Below are positions 56,155 to 64,000 of a stretch of DNA of 64,000 nucleotides, piece after piece. Source of the stretch: Azolla caroliniana. Lineage: Eukaryota; Plantae; Polypodiophyta. Under the pieces are notes generated by a model. It saw nothing but the letters and a program-made list of their open reading frames with translations, did not search any database and was not told the DNA's origin. Where the stretch lies: contig JBHGNT010000018.1 in the NCBI GenBank assembly GCA_043228905.1, forward strand, positions 5,146,001-5,210,000, written 5' to 3'. Numbering within the stretch: position 1 is the first letter of the stretch; each line of letters starts with the position of its first letter. The position numbers and the translations under genes are program-made.

Positions 56155-58064
56155 ATTACATATACAAGTACATCATACATATATACATGCATGAATGAAT
56201 GCATACATACATACTTCAGAGAGAGAAAGAAAGAAAGATATATTAACGCCTTCTAAGCAAAAATTGGCCCATGAGACAATTGGTATACAACAAAATAGGG
56301 TATTTACCCAATCATCAAAATAAAAAAAAAATAGAGAGAGAGAGATTCTGTAGATACACACGTTCATACATATATGCATGCCATACATTCCTACATTAGA
56401 GAGAGAGAGAGATCCCTTAATGCTTCAGTTGCACACATAGACTGCTTTATTACAATCTAATTGAATGTGATAGTTCATTGGGTCTGCTAATTTGCAAGGG
56501 CTACTCAAACCCGATGGCATCACGACATGGGATTACTGTTGATTTTCTCGGTCGGTGCAATCGCTGCCCTCCTTGGATGACACTCCATTTGAGGTTCATT
56601 ACACAGAGCCAAAAGGAGAAGAAGTTGAAAAAGAAGATGAAGAAGAAAAAAACAAAACGATGCATTATCAAGAAGCTCAAGCACTTGCGGCACGCTGCAA
56701 AAGTCAAGAAAGCAGGGATGAATCACGAGGAGAAATTACTGGCCAGGATTGAAAGGGTAGTTAGTAAACATTTTTTTATTCAAATTACTAAAGCATACAT
56801 ATGTGGGTAGTGCTAAATGACTTAAAATCCTGTTTTGCTAGGTAAAGTTGAAGATCGATGCTCTACAAAAGGCTCTGGAGAGCTACAAATTGCCAGATTT
56901 GCCAGAGCCAGATCATGATCCAGAGTCCTTGACCGAAGAGGAGCTTAACTATCTGAAGAGACTGGGTTACAAACATAAGAACTATATGATTCTTGGAGTC
57001 CGTGGAGTCTTCGGTGGAGTTGTCTTGAATATGCATTTGCATTGGAAGAAGCATCAGCTTGTGAAGATCCGATGCAAGAACTTCACAAAAGAGGAGATAG
57101 ATGAGACCGGCGAACAACTAGCGAGGTTGAGTGGAGGGATAGTTGTGGATGTACAGAATGGAAGCACAATTGTAATGTACCGTGGCCGCAACTACAGAAG
57201 GCCAGTAGATATGACACCAAAAAACACCCTCAGTAAGAGAAAGGTAGTCCAATTCTTTAAAATTGTGTAGAAATCTTCTTTGGGACTATATTTATTACAT
57301 CCTATCTCGGCAAGTAGAAACTTATGTCTAGAGAAAGGGGTAGTTGAGTTTATGATATTGTAAGCATACTCTATTCAGGCTTTATTGAGTGTTTGATCAT
57401 TATGCTCTTCAGATAACACAAGTTCATTGTGCAGGCACTCTTCAAGGCTAAATTTGAGCAGTCCCTCAAATCGATGAACAAGAATCTAGTAGACCTGGAG
57501 ACCGAGCTTGTTCTATATAGAGAACACAAGGCAAAGCAAGAGGCCGGCTTATTCTCTGTAGAGCCAGTGGGTGGGTATATCAGCTCGTGGTCAGATACAG
57601 AAGGCGAGAATGATGATGGTGAAAGCATTTCTAATTCTGACAATATTGACAAATTTAACTTTGATTCGGATTCCAGTTGGGGCTCTACGAGCTCAGATCT
57701 AGATTCAGATTCGGAGGAATCCAAGATTCAACCACATTTAAGCTCTGTGAAATGCACTAGTCCTCTAATCAATTCAGATTCAGATTCCTGTTGGGGCAGT
57801 ACGGACTCAGATGTGGATGTAGATTCAGGGGAATCCAAGCTTGAACGACATTCAAGCTCTGTGAAATGCAATAATCCTCTAGTCGATTCAGATTCAGATT
57901 CCTGTTGGGGCAGTACGGACTCAGATGTGGATGTAGATTCAGATTCAGGGGAATCCAAGCTTCAACGACATTCAAGCTCTGTGATATGCAAAGATTCCCT
58001 ACCAAATTCAGATTCAGATTCCAGTTGGGGTAGTACAGACTCGGATACCGATTCATGTTCATGA
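55706..58064 (+). CDS. Single CRM (CRS1/YhbY)-domain organellar RNA-binding protein (CFM9/At3g25440-like subfamily), 4 exons
   Basis: Exons 55706-55836, 56474-56756, 56842-57243, 57435-58064. HDPESLTEEE...NYMILGVRGVFGGVVLNMHLHWKKHQLVKI...LARLSGGIV...MYRGRNYRRP..TLSKRKALFKAKFEQSL. R/S/L-rich targeting peptide. S/D-rich repeat tail. The exon 2 acceptor was chosen by phase. Confidence 0.9.
56220..56325 (-). mobile_element. Dispersed repeat (probable non-LTR element 3' end with (CTTT)n tail); second copy at 63066-63175
   Basis: AGAAAGAAAGAAAGAT.TATTAACG.CTTCTAAG...CCCATGAGACAATTGGT.TA.AA.AAAAT shared between 56220 and 63066. Confidence 0.6.
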
Positions 58065-58939
58065 TGGGCCTCTCGTTGGTCCTGATTCAGATTCTGGTTG
58101 GAGTTGGTACAGATTCATATATTGATTCACATTCAAAGAAAGGCTGGCATTGTATTTGTCGAGCATTGTTATAAGTCAGATAGAAATGATATAGATGAGC
58201 ATTTTCTTGGTGCTAATATTTTCTGCTTTGATATTCGACATAGATCCAAAATCAATGTCAAAATCGAAGCCCAAAATCCGGAAATGGCGAGAATAGAAGC
58301 TTTTTTGCCTTGATATAACTGTGTGATAGAGAGTTTTTAACAACTGAATGGTTTCCCATGAGTAAACATTGATCATGCAATGGTTTTTGACAAATCATTT
58401 ATGGTAAAACACCACTGTATATATACATATTTTGATTCTGATTAAATCTACTGGGGAAATTTACTTGGTTTCCAAGTGTGGCTCATTTGTGTGTACTACA
58501 TGGTTTACCCTTTTTGAGAATCAGTCACAAACATAATCAATGTTTTAGGGCAATTACCATTAAACCCATTGTCAATTCTTTTTATGCTTTGTCCATCCTC
58601 AATATTATTTGGCATGTAAAAAAAATATGATTATTGCATTAATAGTCATAAACTTTTGATTACTTCTAGTTGTTTGAACTTGTAAATCTTTGGCCCCTAT
58701 TCATCAATGAAATGAGGGTTTTATTGAGGGCAAGAAGCATTGTTGACCTTGGTGAAAGCAGAGAGAGTTGTTGAGGGTAGAGGATCCAATTGAGGAGCCC
58801 ACTAAATGAAATGCATGAGTTTAGAAAAGGATATCCATATTCTTGACTGCATGCTTATTCACAAATCACAAAGGGTTGATAGGAGGGAGGAATCTACAAT
58901 GGCCCTTGCAAGGTAAGGACTTTTAATCGGGTAGAAGAT

Positions 58940-58978
<39 letters not shown>

Positions 58979-59439
58979 GGAGATTTTAAAAGAAGATGAG
59001 ACCAAGTTGAGTAAGAATCACATGAGCAATACTTAAGAATTCACACACCTCAAAAAGAAATACTTTACATTTCAAAGACATCACACCGAGAGCCACTCTC
59101 ACCTTCACAACCAATGGATACTTTGAGCTTTCTGTTGCAAACCAATCTATTCTTTGGACTACCTCTGTGGCTCGAAAGCTTCCTTTGCAAAGCTTTGAAA
59201 CACGAGAAATCTATAGCATGGTATAGCTTCTTTGAGTTGGGAGACACTCTCATAGTGAGGCCAAGAAATGTGTGATCTGTTGGAATCTCAACCAAATGGT
59301 AGCTCATCGTCTATTGTGACATCGACCAAATGACAACTTGTATGCTTCCTCCGGAAGGTTCCATGTTGGGAGTGATTAGTACCAAAATGTTTGTTTCCAT
59401 GCATTGGATAGTGCCTAGATATTTTGGATTTTATCTATC

Positions 59440-59517
<78 letters not shown>

Positions 59518-59787
59518 ATATATATATATATATGCATGCTAGAGCGTGAGCAGAAAGTTTTTCGAACTTACTCATGCCTATGGGAAAACTTATAAAGACA
59601 ACTTATCCATGCCGACTAGAATGCTTCAGTTAGATCTCGACAAATATCTAAAGATGTCCACTCAGAATACAACTTATTCAAAATGGCACGTGATATGGCA
59701 ATTTATAGATGATAAATGCATGTTAGAACTTAGGAAGTCCATGTGGACCTTCTGGAATATGTAAAGAATACATAGATGGAACCTATA

Positions 59788-60380
59788 TCCACTCACTTAT
59801 GGCCACATGAGTTGTAGTTCCAATTCTGAGAAACATGGTCGCAATAATAACACCCACTTGATTAATTCTTGCATAGCATCTAAATTCACTCACTTATGAC
59901 TGCATGAGTTGTAGTTCCAATTGTGAGAAACACGGTCCTAATAATAACACCCACTTGATTCATTCTTGCATTGTATCTAAATTCACCCACGTTAGTTACT
60001 TATGTTGCACCAAACCACAAAACTACTCACTAATACATGCTAAACTTTGTGTCGATGTCCACCATCTAGACCATTGCTTTCACATTACTTAGGTCACATG
60101 CTCATCAATGCGAGATTGAGCATTGGGGCACAATCAAGGGGACTTCCCTGGTATGCATATTCTTCTCCGAATAAGTTTGTGAGAGTCCAAAGAAAATTTC
60201 GTGAGTGCCTTGATGGTTCCCACATAATGTAGCCCACTCCAATTCCAAGGTTTGGGGATATGGCGAAGGAGGAGACCGTGATACATAGATAGATCCTTCA
60301 TGGTTCCCACATAATGTAACCTGCTCCAATTCTTAGGTTTGGGGATACGATGAAGGAGGAGAGCATGATACATAGATAGA
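59788..60380. repeat. Two short tandem duplications (59788-59990 and 60213-60380)
   Basis: CACTCACTTATG.C..CATGAGTTGTAGTTCCAATT twice. ATGGTTCCCACATAATGTA.CC..CTCCAATT...GTTTGGGGATA twice. Confidence 0.8.
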
Positions 60381-60759
60381 TTTTTTTTTACACATCCATA
60401 GGAAACCGGTTATGATCCACGAGACGAGGCTTAAACCATGCCAAGGATAAAATTTGGTTCTCTCAAATGAATGACTTATGATGCTATAGGGTAACCCACT
60501 CAAGAAATTGAGAATTTTATTATATTTATCATCATTGGATGTCGAATGAGAACAAAAGAATTATGATTTATATGTAGCGTTGAACCAACGTCATGTGAGA
60601 ATGTTCTATTTTGGGTACATTAAGAGCTAATTCAACCCGTATATTTCGTCGAACGATCCGTCATAATTCACATAACACGCTGAGAACATCTCTTCTACAA
60701 ATTCCTTAAGTATAGATTCTAACGATACTATTATCTAAATCTGTGGTGGTGGTGGGGTC

Positions 60760-60995
60760 TCAGTGGCCCCGAGAGGGCCAGAGAGAAACCAATAGATAAT
60801 GTAAGGCGGACAAGATAGCATATGCAGTGTGAAACCAGAAATACTCTTTCCTTTTTTTATCTGTCTACACTCTCAGTAAACCCTAAACCTTACACATATG
60901 TATTATATATACACATAAACTGAGACTCATGCTTCACGAATAGGAATGTGAAGAAGAAGAAGAAGAAGAAGAAGAAGAAGAAATTAGGGTTTCCT
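60760..60995 (+). promoter_or_regulatory. Putative Pol II promoter: site II-like GGCCC, telo-boxes, TATA-like run and (GAA)n leader
   Basis: GGCCCC/GGGCC at ~60765-60779. AAACCCTAAACC at ~60878. TATTATATATA at ~60901. (GAA)11 then TTAGGGTTT at ~60984. This is a typical plant housekeeping or snoRNA-cluster promoter layout. Confidence 0.5.
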
Positions 60996-63329
60996 CCCAT
61001 CGTTTCACAGGCGACGTTGAGCTATGGCCGTGGATCAAGGCGTGCCTTCTCCTCAACGCCTCTGCAGGCCTCAATGTATTGTTTCGGTATATCGTTTGAA
61101 CTCCGACATTAACCCTGCAGCTGTGTTTCTGTGGGGATTTAAGGTACAGGCCCCCGTACAGATTTGCATGGACCTGGCTTGAGAGGCTCAATCCTCCAGC
61201 CGTTTTCTTTCTCATCATTGCTACGGATCAAGAGCTACGTATCGAGTAGAGTGTCATTGTGAGTCGTTAATCTCTGCTTCACGTCTGTGTCTTTCGTGCA
61301 GGGTTGAATCTATCCCACCCTATGTCTAAAAGAAACTAAGAGTCAATGTTTGACCATTTATCGTCATGCTTACTGACGGTCGAGCTATGGCTGTGAAGAA
61401 AGTTGCCTACAGCTCAATCAATCTGTAAGCTACATGCAATACTCACAACTCCAAACATAAATATGGCTATGTAGATTCTCTACAAATTTCCATTTTGTGA
61501 GTTTGAGGACAATTTGGCTATCATGTTTTAGACCAACTATGTTAAAAAGGATTATAGCTCAAGGCATTCTGTAGTCGGTTACAACATTCGGTTAGATTAT
61601 TCTTGCGGCTGATTTTTTATTTTTAGAGGATTTTAGTATAATACTGACAAAACTGCCAGGTATAGAATTCCTGCTCTTTTAAATTGCCTATGCAAAACTC
61701 TACGCAAACTCGTAAGAGTATCATAATTCATGGTTGGTTGCAACATTCGGTTAGATTATGCTTACGGTTGATTTTTCTCCATTTGTGGATTTTAGTATAT
61801 TGGCAAAGCTGCCAGGTATAGAATTCCTACTCTTTTAAATCTGCCTGTGCGAGACTCAACGCAAGCTTGTATAGCCTTATAATCTAGTTTCGTAACACGT
61901 CATTTAAGCAAAATTCTCGGTAATTTAACTGGAATGGCTGCAATTCAAGTAAATAACATTCCAATGAAGCCGAATAGCAAGCTATCGTTATTCTCTAATC
62001 ATAGCTGAACAAAGAACCACACCTTGGTAGATATGCAAAATAAGTAGGGAGAAATGTTTATTTTTACCAACATCAATGATGTTACCTTTCAATATGGTGA
62101 AAACTAAATAAACATGCATTACAACATATTTAAACCAATTGTTGGCATTGTCAAACCAATGCTACAAAAACATTCTTAATGTCACTAACATTACTCATGT
62201 TACATTGCGGGGAATACTAAATAAACAACCATCATAATTTACTTAAGCCAATCGGTGCCATAGGTAAAAAAATGTGACAACACTCTCAACATTATAAACA
62301 AATGAACCCAAACTTTTAAAAGGGCGTTATGTATTACGACATCCAGATATTCTACTTCATAATCTGTTGTTGATATGGCTTACAATATATCATTTGCATC
62401 CAAGTCTTGTGCAGCAAGAAGTCACAATATGCTATTTGCCATATTGCGGTGCTAGGCTTACCATCGTACTAAGTCCACTGATCCCTGTCGAATGAGAGAT
62501 TGTAGTTATCCTTGAAGTGGTTAATCGGTTCCTGAACCCCTAAACCCTAAACCCCCTTTACATAGATAGCTGAATATGAGAAGGAACTCCTTGAGTGTAT
62601 GATGGAGTAAAAGCTATTAAGTCCTGCTAAACAATCGCCAGTTCTCTATCATCAGTAACAACTGGTTCAGTCTAGTTCAAGAGATTGGGATGGAGGTCTC
62701 CTCAAGTAAGTACTAAGGAGGCCTGTCCCGCTCATTGTCATGATTAACAACTGGTTCAGTCTACTTCAACAGATTGGGAAGGTGGTCCCCTCACGAAATT
62801 ATTAAGGAGGCCCTCCTTTTTGTTTGTAGGAGTGTTAGGTGGATGTGTGAATTGAACAAGCTGATAGATCACTGAACTTACTTTTACCTTCTATTGAAAT
62901 GCTTTGTTTGTTTGTCTCTTGGTAGGATAGTCATAATGCTTAGCATTGTTGGACACGATGTGCAATGATTGATTTTGGCCGGTAGCAAGGACGAAAGGTT
63001 TGAAACAATGGCTATGGCAATCTATTGTTTGGCTTATTCTTTTTTAAAAGATATTCCGATGCTCTAGAGAAAGAAAGAAAGATTTATTAACGTCTTCTAA
63101 GACCATAATGGACCCATGAGACAATTGGTTTATAATAAAATGAGTATTTATCTGGTCATCACAACTAAGATAAAATAAAGTAAACATAGAACTTAAGCTA
63201 AAAGAGTTATAATAGTGTATAATACGTGGTATACTCGATAAAGGAAGTGACTTTACACTGAGACTAATTTTATGTCTACCCAAGCCTCTCGAAAAGAAGT
63301 GGGGGGTAGGGTTTTGATGTGGTTGTGAC

Positions 63330-63560
63330 ATGTGGTTCAAATGTAAAGAGTGCCCTATCCATGGCTTCTAGGCGGTGTAGCTCACGTTCCCTTATTTTCA
63401 TTATTGCTTCTACACCATGTCGAGTTGCTTTGAAACTCGGCACCTAAGGACGTTTGGTTCTTCTTTGGTTTTTTGCCTCATCAAGGGAAAGGTTGAGTGG
63501 TGCAGGTGTGTCGATATTCGTTGTCTCCCCCTGTTCCTAAAAAACTTCATTTATTGCATG
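63330..63560 (+). mobile_element. Possible 3' fragment of a second LINE
   Basis: FGSSLVFCLIKGKVEW...(frameshift)LSPPVP resembles the C-terminus of the LINE at 4158 (WRGSPMLQMVDGNAKW...(frameshift)LFPPKVP). Confidence 0.3.
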
Positions 63561-64000
63561 TTGGTGAAATTAGCAACATTATTGTCAAACATTTTGTAAC
63601 TTATTCTCTTTTTGTTGTTTTCGCTCTAGAATATATTTGCCTAATTTCTTTATATCTAGAGTATCTAATAGTTTGGGGAGGGTAGGAGAGGAACCATGTA
63701 TGGCTTGGTATTTTGCCCTTATCTCAGCGTAGGTTGGGCACTTGCATGTAAAGTGATACTTATCCTCTATCTCTATGTGACATAACCTACATATCCTTTA
63801 CTCCTTAGGTACTCCATTAGTACGACCATTCTCAATCTCAAGTTGGTGAGATGATATTCTAAGTTGACCAATGGCAACCCTTAGTGCATGTGGTAAGAAT
63901 ACATCTAGATATTTTGGTCGTGTGATAAAACCTAACTCAGAGAAATGCATGAAGTGTTCCTTATAGTACAACATTTTAGATGGGAATCACTCTCGTGGGG

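Overview
Eukaryotic nuclear DNA from a land plant. Fern-like origin is an inference from the long intronless PLS-PPR genes and their C-terminal domain types. The first ~12 kb is a nested transposon block: a full-length but decayed L1-type LINE on the minus strand (3925-12059, 16-bp TSD). It carries a 1.09-kb solo-LTR-like insertion in ORF1, a 137-bp MITE in ORF2 and a triplication of its 3' junction. A gene-dense region follows: PEX5 (+, 14 coding exons); a PLS-PPR with a truncated DYW:KP-like tail (-); an intronless plastid-targeted cyanobacterial/plastid-type TilS (+); a second PLS-E PPR (-); GCN5/HAG1 (-, 13 exons); a plastid-targeted protein of unknown function (+, 5 exons); U1-C (-, 5 exons); and a single-CRM-domain organellar splicing/ribosome factor (+, 4 exons). 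The last ~3 kb has promoter-like signals followed by several duplicated hairpin or splice modules and no credible ORF. hAT- and Mutator-like MITEs, tRNA-derived elements and many 90-340 bp microhomology-bounded tandem duplications are scattered throughout. The strongest leads are the intronless cyanobacterial-type TilS, the DYW:KP-like PPR lacking its catalytic Glu, the solo LTR carrying two opposed Pol III-type promoters, candidate NMD-linked 3'UTR introns in U1-C, and the structured non-coding locus at 61-63 kb. All exon structures were derived by hand from GT/AG sites and frame continuity. No database search was run.
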